A stretch of DNA of 54,509 bases, the filler included, from Sphacelaria rigidula (Eukaryota): assembly GCA_964200075.2 (NCBI GenBank). It is 3 parts of 3 records of this genome, joined end to end, with 100 filler letters (N's around TTAATTAATTAA, not from the genome) between each part and the next. Parts side by side here need not be neighbours in the genome. Positions count along the whole stretch, not along the records: positions 1 to 18,107 come from CAXNAA020000916.1; positions 18,208 to 36,309 come from CAXNAA020000917.1; 1 more part is not named here. The stretch is one strand, 5' to 3'. The translations under genes and the position numbers were made by a program. Positions 12,701-24,567 of the stretch are shown in pieces (the first letter of the stretch is position 1; every line of letters begins with the position of its first letter). The notes beneath the pieces were generated by a model. The model did not search any database, was not told the origin of the DNA, and saw nothing but the letters and a program-made list of their open reading frames with translations.

Positions 12701-15700
12701 CCTGCGAAGGAGCCGCATCCGAGACACACCGACCAGGCGTTCGGGGGGAATATTTAGGCAAACTTTGGTGACGATTATTGTGCCAAAATTGCCGCTCTTG
12801 AGTCATTGGTGGGGGAACAACACGTGGTATGCTCACTCACCAAGAACCACGGGTCCCATGAGAGACGCCGAGCGAACTCAGAGCAACGAGAGAAGCGCTC
12901 GTTTCCAGGAGAGAGCTACTCGTCGAGGGCAACACCGGTAACACTGAAACCATGACGTTCGTTTTGGAGAACTTTCATTGGCGAACAGCATTGAGCTCGT
13001 CTGGTATGCTCGCTTTTTTGGCATATATTGATCCCACAGCGTCAAAAGCTGGCGTCCCTCATACACTCTAGAGACAATGATTGATTGATGATCGATTATC
13101 GCACTTGACCTGACCCCCCAGGGATCAGGTAATGATCACGTGATGGACGTCCCCAAGACAAAACAAGACTGAAACACTTGCTGAAGAAAAAGAAGGGACA
13201 TAAAAAATCGAACACAACACCCTATTGATGGTAGACTAAGACGGGAAAAAAAAACGAATAAAAAGTCAAGAAAAGTAAAGCACGGAAATAAATGTCTACA
13301 AAAAAAGGTTGCTGTAAAATGCTCCGTAGGACACGCTAACATTTCATGCAGTAGTACATCGGGAGGTTTCGCACCGGTTCGTCGATGTTAGGAAATCGAG
13401 TGACTCGCCACCATAGCAACACTCACGCTTCCCACACAATCAGCGAGCCGCATCAACGTGTCAACAATGAGGGTCTCATGGGATAATTTTGCCGTTCCAC
13501 GCTCCAGTGCCCTATTGAGGCCAAGAATACCTGCATGCCAACTTGAGACTTGTTCCTTTCCTTCGACTCCTCCTTCCGCAGTCGCTCGACCAGCCATTGT
13601 GATCGCTCTAGCTTGGCTTCCAACCTCGTTGTCAGCGACTATCGATTTTTTTCGTTGGATTTTGTCACGCAATGGTACAGACACACGGAGGCGGAAACGC
13701 TGGCGGTGCGGGTATGGAATACAACGCCGCGTAAACGACAGAAACGCGCAAGTGTGAACCTACGTCAACTACTCCAACACCTTCTGTACGCACATGGCTG
13801 GTTTCACGTCCGCCTCAGCTACTACTGTAGATTCCACGCACAAAGCACTCGGCATTCCTTCACGACGCCTCTTATGTTTGGGATCGAGAGTGCATTACAC
13901 AGAGGTACCTTTCGGACGCTTCAGTGATTGCAAAGCATTAACATGTCGAGGATGATGCATATCAACCCACACGGCGCTGTGGCGATGCCGGGGGTCACGT
14001 TTGGTAGGAGAACAGGTAGGCAGTCGTGCAAAGCGCACGTCGGCACTCTGCGCAAGCGGCCGCACTGGTATATATCAGCTGAATGTCCTCGCGGTAGGAT
14101 TCATTCATCCCGTAACAGCTTGCGGATCGCACATACCTGCAGTCCCTCGATGCGGCAGTGCAAAAACGCGTCGATGGAATGGACCCATCGCACCCGTAGC
14201 TGTACCGACCCCGTTATCTTATCTCCAGCTGCAAGGTGCATAAGGCGCGAGCTCCTGCGGTTGAGTGGAAACCATCCCAAACGCTCGCGTTGGTCCTACG
14301 TCAATACAGCAGAGCAATAAGGAGAGCGAAGCGATGTCATGAAAAGCCCTGTACAACTCGGCCCCATATCTCAGGTTGAAAACACACAGCAAAGCCGGTC
14401 GGTGGCTGCATCATGCGACAGGGCCATTTGATGGGCCAGAAAACATACCGTGCATTGAATTCCGCGAAACAATGAAGCTATGACACTCGCTGTGAGCTTC
14501 AGCGGGGTGCCGTGGGATACGAGCGGCGAGTTATGGACCACGGTTGGTAAAGCAGCAACGTTCCAGACATAACCAGAAGGGTGGGCGTACGGCACGGCGT
14601 CATGTTTCAAGACACGGACTGTAATTTTGACTAATACAATGAACGCGTCGAAATTCCGTCGCGTCAGTTGGTACATGCTACCGTGGTCCTCGTTCGAACT
14701 CCTGAGCTTCATCATACACGGGCAGCACTGAACCATCTTCCAACACAGATGGCACAGTGCATAGGCTACAACTGTGGAGTACGAGCGATGGGTATATTCC
14801 ATCCAGGCGGTTCATTGCATTATGCATTTAGGGCAAGTAAACACTGCGAAGTTTGCTCGAAATGCTGCCTGCGTACGTCCGACGTTGGTCTCTTGCGATT
14901 TACCCTATACCTAATGATGCAATATGTCAAGTCACCACATCCAGGCGGTTCATTGCATTATGCATTTAGGGCAAGTAAACACTGCGAAGTTGGCTCGAAA
15001 TGCTGCCTGCGTACGTCCAACGTTGGTCTCTTGCGATTCATTCTATACCAAATGATGCAATCTGTCAAGTCGTCGCAGCAGTGTCTGCGTCCGATAAAAA
15101 AACAAAACACTACTGGTCAGTGATGACGTGCAGACATGCGAAATTTGGTCACGCAGTATCCCACTGGCGTTGCGGTGACTGCATGCTAGCCCATACACTG
15201 ACGTCCCGCATCACAAAGCAACGTCGAGGTATGTACGCGACAATAGGCCACCTGCAGCAGCGAGAGCGGCACATCCGCTTGTCCCAAGAAGTCGTTCGCC
15301 CGCACAAGATTCCGAGACAGAATGAGGATCCGAATGCTGTAGCCCCGCTTCTGCTGAGCGGCCTTCAGAGGTACCTGTTAGGCGCCGGAATTTCCAACAT
15401 TCACGAGCCGTGTATTTCCCACAGGATCATCATCAGATGACAGGGAACACATGAACTCTGAAGAAAAGGTTACAACTCCGATCACGTAGCGTATCAGTAC
15501 TTGTGGCACAAGTTGTGGACGATGAAGCCTCAGACGCCGCGTAAGTCGGGCGAAATGACAGCTAATTCAACCTTTACATGAGTCGATAGTGCACGCAGGA
15601 GTATTCTAGCCACAGAAGTATTTCATCGCCCACTTAATGATACACAAAAAGTAGAGGACTTCATCCTCAACTGCAAAACCACAAAAAGTGCGACCCCTTC

Positions 15701-16827
15701 ATTCCGCTTCGTGTTTTGCCCCTAAACCATGATGTCCGGCCCAAAACCTCCTGAATTGCCTCATTTTTTTTTCCCTTTTCGGCACGAGTCCATGGTCTCA
15801 AGGAATCAACACATATCTCTTCCGGTACATGCCACGCATTTTGGTACGTGAAGTGAATCAGCATTCCCACACCGCGTCGACACTCGTCAAACAAACTTGG
15901 GTCAATCGAGCCATCTCTGCTACTCACGTGCCCACGCGTTCAACGACGGAATTCAAATACATCGCGGAAAATATCCGATATAAGTCATCCTATGATGAGG
16001 GGGTGGGGGGGGGGGGGGGGGGGGGGGGGGCATTTCTTGCACGAACTTCCAAGTCAAACTGTCGTTGAAAGCAGCAATGGTTGTTAGAACGAGCTTACTA
16101 CAGATAAATATCGCTCACCTATACTGCTTGACACCGGTTTAACCAAATACAAGCGCACCGTGAGTGTGGCAGGTCGTCTGACGCACCTATGAGCTTCTTT
16201 TTTCGTGCAATCAAATGCCCCCCCCCCCCATCGTAGGATGACTAACGAATGCACCTGGTTGGATGTGAATCCACGTTACTTTCGACCGTAAGGTATCAGT
16301 TGTACCATTAGACCACCCGGTCAAGGCGGATCGAATATACCAGAACGTAGCGGGGCCAATTTGGATCAGTAGTACCGGGGAGGGATGATGGTATGATCCC
16401 TTGAGACCACGGACTCGTCCCGAGGGAGGGGAGGGGTTCAAAGTGCGGCAGAAAAAAAAGAGCGCAAGCGGAACTGGATCCTACCGAAACGTTCGATCCC
16501 GCCTTATTCCGGTTCACGGCGGCTATTTGGAACTACTGTGGCAGGGTGGAGGTGTGCGCGGCGATTTTTTGTCCCCACTTGAATGGTCTACGCGCAAATA
16601 TTGGTCGCACTGTTGCGGGACCCCCATTTTACCTTGAACAAGAAGCGTTGTCCGCTCCACTTTGGGTTCAGTGTTTTCTCGACGAAGTAGGTTTCCCCCC
16701 GCTGGCCACGGTAGAGGTCGTCATCTGAAGACTCCGTCTCGCTGTCGGGTATCTTGAGATAGCACACGCAGTAGGGGTCCGACAACCCCTGCAGGCCGGT
16801 TGGGCGTAAACTCGTGGCCGATAAGAT
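763..16827 (-). CDS. VPS13: VPS13-family (bridge-like lipid transfer) protein with two C2 domains; partial at both ends, 16 exons visible
   Basis: Hand-spliced exons (minus): 16827-16633, 15374-15252, 14295-14137, 13638-13531, 12701-12197, 10985-10513, 9961-9449, 8859-8719, 8240-8062, 6848-6725, 4192-4013, 3577-3401, 2778-2605, 2284-2216, 1727-1532, 923-763. All have AG acceptors, GT donors (one GC) and matching phases; total 3477 nt = 1159 aa without a stop. C2 no.1: ILSATSLRPTGLQGLSDPYCVCYL..KTLNPKW..DFLGQADVPL..WFPL..GSVQLRVRW. C2 no.2: GVLRIQPLQGLHL..YVVV..SPRW..LSLSVF..ELGRLDLQL..RWFPL..IQLAASW. VPS13 C-terminal motifs: VSMSLVDNQRAKELLHLSVKGV, VQLDNQ..PVVVAP, YVAVMLQELDVRLEQ, VYIAAMQLFPIKLNFSF. 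Acceptors at 12701 and 923 are the least certain. Confidence 0.85.
3055..3308. mobile_element. Small non-autonomous TIR element (MITE), about 254 bp, intronic
   Basis: Left end GACACTTTCTACGATCGCCCCCCC pairs with right end GGGGGCTATCGTAGAAAGTGTC; no coding capacity. Confidence 0.7.
4508..4749. repeat. Tandem duplication, 2 x 120 bp
   Basis: TTAGAATGGTCCATTTGGCGTGTCGG... starts at 4508 and 4628 with few mismatches. Confidence 0.95.
4802..4984. repeat. Tandem repeat, about 2.5 x 73-75 bp
   Basis: TCTGG(C/T)TGTGCCAGTCTACAGGCACCTT at about 4802, 4877 and 4950. Confidence 0.9.
5971..6522. mobile_element. Degenerate MITE (Tc1/mariner-like ends), about 550 bp, intronic
   Basis: TA|CAGTGGTCAAACTTCAAA at left versus TTTCAAGTTTGACTCCTG at right; AT-rich interior; right TA not intact. 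Confidence 0.55.
11290..12170. repeat. Degenerate TACCCG/CGGGTA-rich repeat array, probably transposon-derived, intronic
   Basis: Many copies of (G)TACCCGACAGTT and TACCCGGG variants filling most of the intron between exons 12197 and 10985. Confidence 0.75.
14800..15071. repeat. Tandem duplication, 2 x 138 bp
   Basis: CATCCAGGCGGTTCATTGCATTATGC... starts at 14800 and 14938. Confidence 0.95.
16372..16445 (+). repeat. Dispersed intronic repeat (second family), copy 1
   Basis: GTACCGGGG...GATCCCTTGA(G/C)ACCACGGAC(T/C)CGTCCCGAGG...AAGTG shared with 50482-50553. Confidence 0.8.
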
Positions 16828-17511
16828 CTTGGGTGAAAAGAGAAACGGGGGGGGGGGGGGGGGGGGAGGGGGGGGGGGGGGGGCTGTCAACGAACGTTGA
16901 AGAAGAAAGAAAGCGGGNNNNNNNNNNAGGGCAATGGCCACTGAGCGCAGTCCGCAGTTGTTCGAGCGCTCTTGCTGCCGATGACGACGGGGCCGTATGT
17001 CCAATGACGTTGCAATATCAAAATGGTGCGGATTAAGAGGAGAACCCGGGAACTTACCCGAGGGGGGGAGCGCATGCGGGCAATGGCCAAGAGCGCGGAC
17101 AGGATTTGGCAATGAGAGTGAGGACGCTTATTCATAGGAGCAGCTGGCCATGCCAGGAGGTACAGTAGCTGGTGGGCTATACGGCGACTCGAGTATTCAG
17201 CTATCGAGAGAACCAGAGTCAAGGCATTTGCTGCATGTGGTGCTTTGACCGCTACATGCACCGCAGGCCATAAGTCAAGAACCAATATGTAAAGCGAAGC
17301 TACAGGCTGGGCCGCCCAAGACGCAGACAGGGATGTGAACACGCGATTTAGCAGCTCAATTTTGGTTTGTTTCCTATAAAATTTTGACACAATGTACAGG
17401 GCGTATGTACGAAGACTCCATAATCTCTTCCCTACATTTTTTGGGGGGGAGGTGGGGAGTTATTTACGGTTTTGTTCCGAAATAAAATGTTCTGAAATGT
17501 TTTATCGCCGA

Positions 17512-17992
17512 TAACTCACGGAGAAAAATAAATAAATGTAGGGGGTAGATGGTGGAGTCTTCGCACATACATCCTGTACGTCGTGTCAAAATTTCATAGA
17601 AAACGACCCGAAATTGAGCTGCTAAATCGCGTGTTCGTGTCGAAGACTGGTTCTTATGTGGAGATGGACCAGCCACGAAAAACTGAAACGCGGTTAATGC
17701 TGCTCAATTTCACGTATTTTTCCACAACATTTTGACGCGATGCGCATGAGGGACGTTGTGAAGTTCTAATTGTGCCCCCCCATTGGCATTTTTTTTAATG
17801 AGTGATCGACGCTTTTGTATCAGGAAAAAACTGTTCCGAAATCTAGATCACCAAGAACTCACGAGGAAAAACAAAAAGAGGGGCAAACGGTAGGGACTTC
17901 ACCTATACCTCATGTATATCGTGTCAAACTTTCGTGGAAAACGACTCGAAATTGAGCAGTGAAATCGCGTTTTTTTGTCGAGAACTGGTTCA
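17512..17992. repeat. Degenerate direct repeat of about 140 bp (17512-17652 vs 17856-17992)
   Basis: TCGTGTCAAA..GAAAACGAC(C/T)CGAAATTGAGC..AAATCGCGT..CTGGTTC occurs twice, about 340 nt apart. Confidence 0.7.
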
Positions 17993-18107
17993 CTTGCTTC
18001 TAGAGTCCAATAACCTCAGCGGGAACTTTGACGTCTTCTACAAGCGCGACGCCTTGGCGCGCTGGAGGTCTCGTCTGTGTGCCATCTCAGCCACTGCGCG
18101 CCTACAG

Positions 18108-18207
18108 NNNNNNNNNNNNNNNNNNNNNNNNNNNNNNNNNNNNNNNNNNNNTTAATTAATTAANNNNNNNNNNNNNNNNNNNNNNNNNNNNNNNNNNNNN
18201 NNNNNNN
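18108..18207. other. Artificial contig-joining linker
   Basis: 44 N + TTAATTAATTAA (stop codons in all six frames, 18152-18163) + 44 N. Confidence 0.97.
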
Positions 18208-18700
18208 CAACGACGATCTGACTCCAACTTTCAAGCAACAAATGGCCCAAAATACCCCCCCCCCCCTATCGTAGGATGACTCAATCGATACCCTTACCTT
18301 CACCTAATCGTTGTCTATCTCGAGATACGGCGCACATGAGATTCGATACTAAAATCGATATAATACGAGCAGACGCACCAAATGCATCGAATCTTGATGT
18401 CTCGTCTCAGTTTTTGAGAACATGCTTTGAAATTTCTCATGGAGAATCACCAAGGTATAATAAAAAACCCGGTTTTTGAGATGTTTTCACAAAAAAATGC
18501 TTTTGAGGGCGTTTTGAGGAAAATAAACATTGTTCTTTGCCCTTTTCTCAGTTTTTCAGCTCAATTTTAGAATTGTGATTTGAAACTTAGAATGGAGAAT
18601 AGTAAAGGCATGCTGAAATTAAAAAAGTGAGCCTTCATTTTTTTTGTAGAGCTAAGGTGCGTTCTCGTTATAAAATGGTCTTTACTGTACTAAAACGTCC

Positions 18701-18806
18701 TTAACCCTTCGACCGCGAGGGTAGCCCATCTGGATCGTGCATACATTTTTCACGTAAAATTGATACCGATTCAACAGATGACCTACTGTCGCCGTCTACG
18801 GGTTAA
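18701..18806 (+). mobile_element. piggyBac-like mini-MITE, about 106 bp, copy 1
   Basis: TTAA|CCCTTCGACCGC...GCCGTCTACGGG|TTAA; interior alignable with copies at 19083-19192 (inverted) and 42458-42566. Confidence 0.75.
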
Positions 18807-19082
18807 TTCATGAAAAAGATGGAGAAAATCAACCTGTCCCATTTTCTTGGTTCATTACAGTATGTCCTAGAGAGGTCCCCCACAAAACTTCAAAACATGA
18901 GTATAATAGCAAATCTGGGCCGCGAAGTGGCTTGGAAAATACTGTTCTGAACTTCCACCGGCCCGGTTTCTAAAGCGCCCCGTTTCATCTCAATTTTGAG
19001 AGTTGGACTTTCACATGTGGTACGGAGAATGAGTAGTGCATAGTAAAAAAGGAATGCGAAAGACCGAGTTTTTTTTAATGGG

Positions 19083-19192
19083 TTAACCCTATGACCGCAA
19101 GGATAGGTCACCTGCTGAATTGGCATCAGTATTTACTTGAAAAAAGTATGCGTGATTTAGATGGACTACCCGCACCGCGGTCTAAGGGTTAG
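19083..19192 (-). mobile_element. piggyBac-like mini-MITE, copy 2 (inverted)
   Basis: TTAA|CCCTATGACCGC...GCGGTCTAAGGG|TTAG; its reverse complement aligns with copies 1 and 3. Confidence 0.75.
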
Positions 19193-19198
19193 GGGCAA

Positions 19199-20311
19199 TA
19201 GAGAGTTTCGGAAAACTTTTTTTCAAATCTTAGAGTCAGAGTGGAAGGAAAAATAGCCGGTAAAGGTGCACTTTCCGCAATGAAGTATTCTTTAGAGCGA
19301 TTTTTCAGAGTCAGAGTGCCGTTTGCACCACTTCACTCTGAAAACCGTTGTTCCTTTTCAGAGTTCATAGCGGGATGAAAAAGAACCACGCCCACCTTCA
19401 CCATGGTCACGTCCAGTCCAAAGTCAATACACCCTACCAAGCAAAGTGAGACATTCATCATCCACCAAAACTGCCATACTCGTCACAATGGGCCATTCAC
19501 GAAGTAGAAAAGCTTGGCATCGCGATCAGAAGATCTCCCCGACGCCGCCATGATATCAGCATTCGCTTGATTGTGTTGCGTGAAAATTGAAATGCTCGAC
19601 GGGTACACGTTTCTTTGGGTGCAGTTCCCCACTCTTGCCAGCTGCAGCTGGAGAAATATGACGGTGGGGGCGATTCGTAGTGTACGCAGCGCACAAGCAG
19701 TACTACACCTGGCTGCATTCCCATCCCGTGAGAGATCATGACGCCTTGCACCACCGTTATGGGTGGTATGCGGGAAAATCATCGCAATGCGGCCGAGGTC
19801 TGCTGTTTGAAAGTGCTGCGCACCGTACTGTCTGTACTACTGTTTGTGCAACTGACTCTCTGTACGGTATCGCTGTACAGTAGTGGTAGTTCACTGCATC
19901 GCAATGCACTGACAGTTGTAGGATTATGTCTTGCACTTTCTGTCCTGCACTGTACTCCATGCTGCATAGCACTACGGCACTGCAGCACTGCAATCTTCTG
20001 TAGTGCGCCGTGGTGGATTGCAGTACTGCAGGCACAATGAAAAAGCGTAGTGTACGGTGCGTAGGATGCCGCAGAGTATATGGTACAGTCAGTGTTGTGC
20101 CGGCCTACGCACTTTCAAACTGGACCTTGGTCGATCGTACATTCGGTGGGGCAACCTGCGGCCAATCACTGCGACAAAAAAATATCACGTCAGCCACGTC
20201 ACATCAGCTTCCGCTATGAACTTTTTAACGTCCACTACAGTATGAAGTTTCGAAGCTTCCACTTTGGACTCTGACTCTATGATGAAAAAAAACATCTTCC
20301 GAAACTCTCTA
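19199..20311. mobile_element. Non-autonomous TIR element, about 1.1 kb
   Basis: Left TAGAGAGTTTCGGAA..TAGAGTCAGAGT..GGAAG versus right CTTCC..ACTCTGACTCTA..TTCCGAAACTCTCTA (about 50-bp imperfect TIR). No transposase ORF; no 8-bp TSD recognisable. Confidence 0.7.
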
Positions 20312-23068
20312 GTGACGATGATCAAACGCCTTTAACTAATGAAAACAAAAGCTCAGTGTCCTGCAACTTTTTTATTGCCTCTAAGACCGGCTTTTACGAG
20401 AACGAATCTCGATTCTGTGGAAACCCCAATTTTTTCAAAATTGGGCTGACTCATATTTGGCACAGGGCCGACAGATAGGGGCAAGAAATATGAGTGGCAA
20501 GCTTTTTTGACCCATCAGAGGCTTTAAATTACTGTGAAATGTTAATTATTATATATAAGTACAAGGTTCCCCTCCGGGTGGTTGGTACGGGCCTTCCGGG
20601 GGTGACGCAAATAAAAAATATATGGGTAAGAGAGGCTGTTGTATCTCAATGTACAGTAGTGATCATGGCTGTACACAATGTCGCGTGTGTTATCGGATGC
20701 CGTTCGGAAATATGGGAATCCGGAAGCAGGGCGATTGTTTTTGCAGCAAAATATGCCTGTGCTGCCGTGCTGCTGTGCCTTGTTCAACTCGCCAACGGCC
20801 CATTCCACGGTCTTGTGTTTGCTGCTGACTGAGGCCAAGGCGATGTTCGATTGTTTTCAACAGCTTTGCTCTCATGTTCTCGGGACATTGGCGGTATAAC
20901 CGGTGTGTTCGTGCTCCCAAATGAAGGAGAACGCGACAAAGAGAAATACGGGGGAAAAATACTCCGCCAAAAGTAATCCGGTTTGAAGATTTCCATGATG
21001 GTCAACAAGGACCACACCATCAATCGCTTGGGATACAGCAGCACCGTGCTGGCTCAGTTTGTTCGCCCCAACTTGCACGCACCAGCCTTGCGTGTCTTCT
21101 CCGATCACAGCACTCAATTACAACTGAAGTCCAAGAGAAGACGCAACAGACAGCTACACAGCCTTCACGAAATCGTTCCAACTTTGAGTAAACAGAACTC
21201 TGATCCCACCCCAATTATGTGCAAACCGAAACACGACATGCAGCAGTACAAATGTTCAGGCGCTCTCCACCGCATATTACACCATGTTTGTCGTAAGAGT
21301 GTTCAAGTGCACAACAGCACAACAGTACCAACTACAGCAGAAATAATGGGTGAGAGAAGCGCCTTTTTCGTCCCACGGAAGACGGAACTGTCAGCACACT
21401 GTGAAGGTTTCAACAGTGTATAGACAGCACTGCGTACCCACTAGCATTATTTTTCTCCTATTTTCTGTAAATATGAACGCAGTGACAGTAAGGCAACTCA
21501 AGCAGTCCCGGCGGAGACCAAACCGGCTTCGCAAAGGTCTGAACACACCACAGCGCAGTGGCAGCTACAGCACATGAGAGAGAACGTGAGTATGTTTATG
21601 CTGCAGCACAGTGAGACAGGACATGTTCCATGTAATGGTTCGTTCCCTGATTCCAGACGGGTCCTCAATTTTCGCCGAGTGGCGACTTTGTAGCGCTCGG
21701 CCATAATCGCGCTTCGAGCGAAAATTTTTGTCAACACTGAGTTACCCCTATCTGTGAGAGGTGAGCCTCATATTTGCGAAACTCCAATCCGTGGGAGCCG
21801 TTTTATAGTCTCACAGAGCTGTGAAATAGTTGTGTACACGGGCAGTCATTTTCTGCATGAGTGTGGTATCGCGCACTCGTGCACCCGAAGAGCAGGCAAG
21901 CGGTGAATAATCGTTCGAGTTCAGTGTCGTACCGTGGTACCCTGGGGTAATACAGTGCAGGACACTCCATCATTACAGTACATGATAGTGCCGTGTGGTA
22001 ATACATGATGGCGCAGTCGGTATTGCGAGAACAGTGAACAGTGTGCAAGAAGAGTTCAGCAGTGCAGTGCATACATCACCCTCCAAGTACAACGATAGCA
22101 GACTAGGATACTGTAGTGCAGTACCGTTCGTAAATAGTGATACATATGGCAGCGCAGTGCAGTATATAACATTACCATCGCCTCAGGGTACGGCGTCAAC
22201 ACTTATTATCCGCTTGCCAGACCCCGTGCGAAGCTGCTTCAGCAGCTGGCGCGGGCAGGCATGCCCTGCGCTGTCACGAGACTGTTCTGCTGCGGTTGCA
22301 AAACTGTCAAACGCCTCTTACCCTATCATCATACGTCAATGTACGTACGTCACCTCCCTCAAACGGGGGGCACCTCAGCGTTCCCCAGATCGGAACGATC
22401 ATTCTCAAATCATGACACCCCGATTTTCTCTTCCCCAATTTGGCCCAGATCGGGGTCCATAAAATGCGTTTCCCGATTTTTGGTCCCCCGATCTGCGTAC
22501 AAATCGAGATTAGTGACTGCCATAAAAGTCCGTCAAGTCCATGGAAAAAGAAAATCCAGTGTCGCGCATTGTAAAGGGAATATTATGCCCCATTCATTTT
22601 CCGCATCGAATTTGAAAGTCCAACTCTCAAAATTGAGGTAAGGCGGGGCCTGCAAACTACAAGTTCGCGCCCAGGCTGGACCAAGTCGTACAAGAGGGGT
22701 ATGTACAGGTATCTGGATCTTTGTGTACATTCGATGCAGCGCCGTACACATGCGTCCACTCTACACAAGATGCATCGCCCGAGCCACAATTTTTGGCTTC
22801 CTCACACGAGAGAGTGCCCAAGATGGCGTGTTGCCTGCCGTTGCCTGCGATTTTTTTGCGCCGACTCGCGAACTGATACGGTCGTCAGCCTTGAAAAATG
22901 CTGCAAAATCATCAACTGGCGTGTCGCGCAGAGAGTCAGTGCTTGACGTCGCAATTTCGTGGCGGTTTCGTGGTGTGCGGTATGGCCGCGGTTTGCCCAG
23001 TGTCGGCATCATAGGCCGTACTGTCTGTACATTAAGCAGCAGGGAGTGTTCCGAGTGGGTCGTGCACT

Positions 23069-23824
23069 AAGGCCCGTTACTATCGACACTGTTTTTTCGG
23101 AGATCTCCGATTTTTTCGAGAATGGCAAGGTGTCTGACGACTCTCAAATACTTGCGAGCGCTGCGGCGTACTCACAGGGCAGCTCTCTGACGTGCCGCGT
23201 CGCGGTCCGAATTTTCCTGACTACTCCAAAAATGAAGCTTCGGAGAAAAATCAAGCCGCTTCGTTTCCGGAGAAGTCTGAAGACAATTCTTATGGGCTGG
23301 GGAAAAAATCCTGATCAAAACTGCCCTTCGGCCATTCTCCGTCGTTTTACGCTGGAAAAGAGGGCTCGGCGGATGGCGACACCTTGGAATGACTTGTTCT
23401 ACTCATTGAGACCGGTCAAGGACAACTTTGCGTTTCCCGCTGGCTACAGTTTTATTTTTGGCCAAACTTCCATTTTCAAAAACAAATGGTGAAGTGATAA
23501 AAACAACTGGCATGCTCCCCCTTTTTTTTTTCATCAATTCGCCGTTCGTTGTTGAAGATGCAAATTCGGCCAAAAATAAAACTGCGGCCAGCGCAGGAAA
23601 AGCAAAGTCGCCCTGGAATAGTCTTAACGAGCAGAGCAAGTCATTCCAAGGTGTCAGCATCCGCCTAGCCCTCTTTACGAGCGTAAATATCGGAGAAGGG
23701 CCCGAAAGCAGTTTTCAATAGAATTGTTTTCCCTTGCCCATGAGAGTTGGTCTGAACGCAGAGTATGAAAAGCCCGAAATTTTTTGAGATCCCCGAAAAA
23801 ACAGTTTCGATAATAATGAGCCCA
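23069..23824. mobile_element. Foldback-type MITE with about 50-bp TIRs and an internal about 400-bp palindrome
   Basis: GGCCCGTTACTATCGACACTGTTTTTTCGGAGATCTC pairs with GAGATCCCCGAAAAAACAGTTTCGATAATAATGAGCC. Inner arms about 23317-23503 and 23522-23716 are reverse-complementary (both read ACACCTTGGAATGACTTG). GG start and TAA flank are compatible with PIF/Harbinger. Confidence 0.8.
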
Positions 23825-24567
23825 AGAATGTGTCTTGTTCCTGAACGCTGGGGTCGATCGTGCAATTTTCCACTCGTGTTTCGCGGAAAATGGAATAACA
23901 GCAGTGCAGTTTGATGATGGTCAGCCGTTCCGGAAGTACAGTAGCCCCTCCCACAGCTACGGCAGGACAGATGATGTAGTTGGCTCCAATCAAAAGCTGT
24001 CAAGGTCACGTCCGCTAGTACCTTGACGTCACTCCCTTGCCTCTGCCTGGCTGTGTGCATCAGTGCTAATCTTACGGGTGCGCTTCCATTACTGGCGATA
24101 CTCGAGGTCACTATGAATCCACGCAGCGAACCAGGTCCAGCGAAACCGTCCACTTGATTTCGAAAGGCTGATCGTGCTGTGGGACACTCGCAAAAACCCA
24201 GGAACACCAGAGACGAAGACTGCTCTGAACTACATTCTCATGCGATCATTCCCCATCAATTGTGAATACCGCGCCAAAACCTTTGTCTCTACCGCAGTCA
24301 AGAGTTTTTTTCAATGAAACTGAAGCACGTTATTCGACACGTGGCTGTCGAGTGTTGGCTGCTCTAACTGAAGTCCTGTATTTGCAATCAGGTATGTGGA
24401 ACCAGACTTCCCCACACTGCCTGCGCACGTGATACCCCGTACTTGGCTTGAGAATATTTACATTGGCTACTTAAAGGAGCGTGGACAGTCGAAATCCGCA
24501 GCACAGCGCTCGCACATTACCTCCTTGTCTGGAAGCGTAGCATATCTTTGAAATATTGAAAAATATA

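Noticed and set aside
12702-13066. ORF-track extensions upstream of the 12701 exon
   Set aside because: In-frame stop at 12837-12839 and a better phase-0 acceptor at 12702-12703; treated as intron.
18015-18107. Possible upstream VPS13 exon (TRPPARQGVALVEDVKVPAE)
   Set aside because: Weak splice signals, no motif support, and it sits at a contig end.
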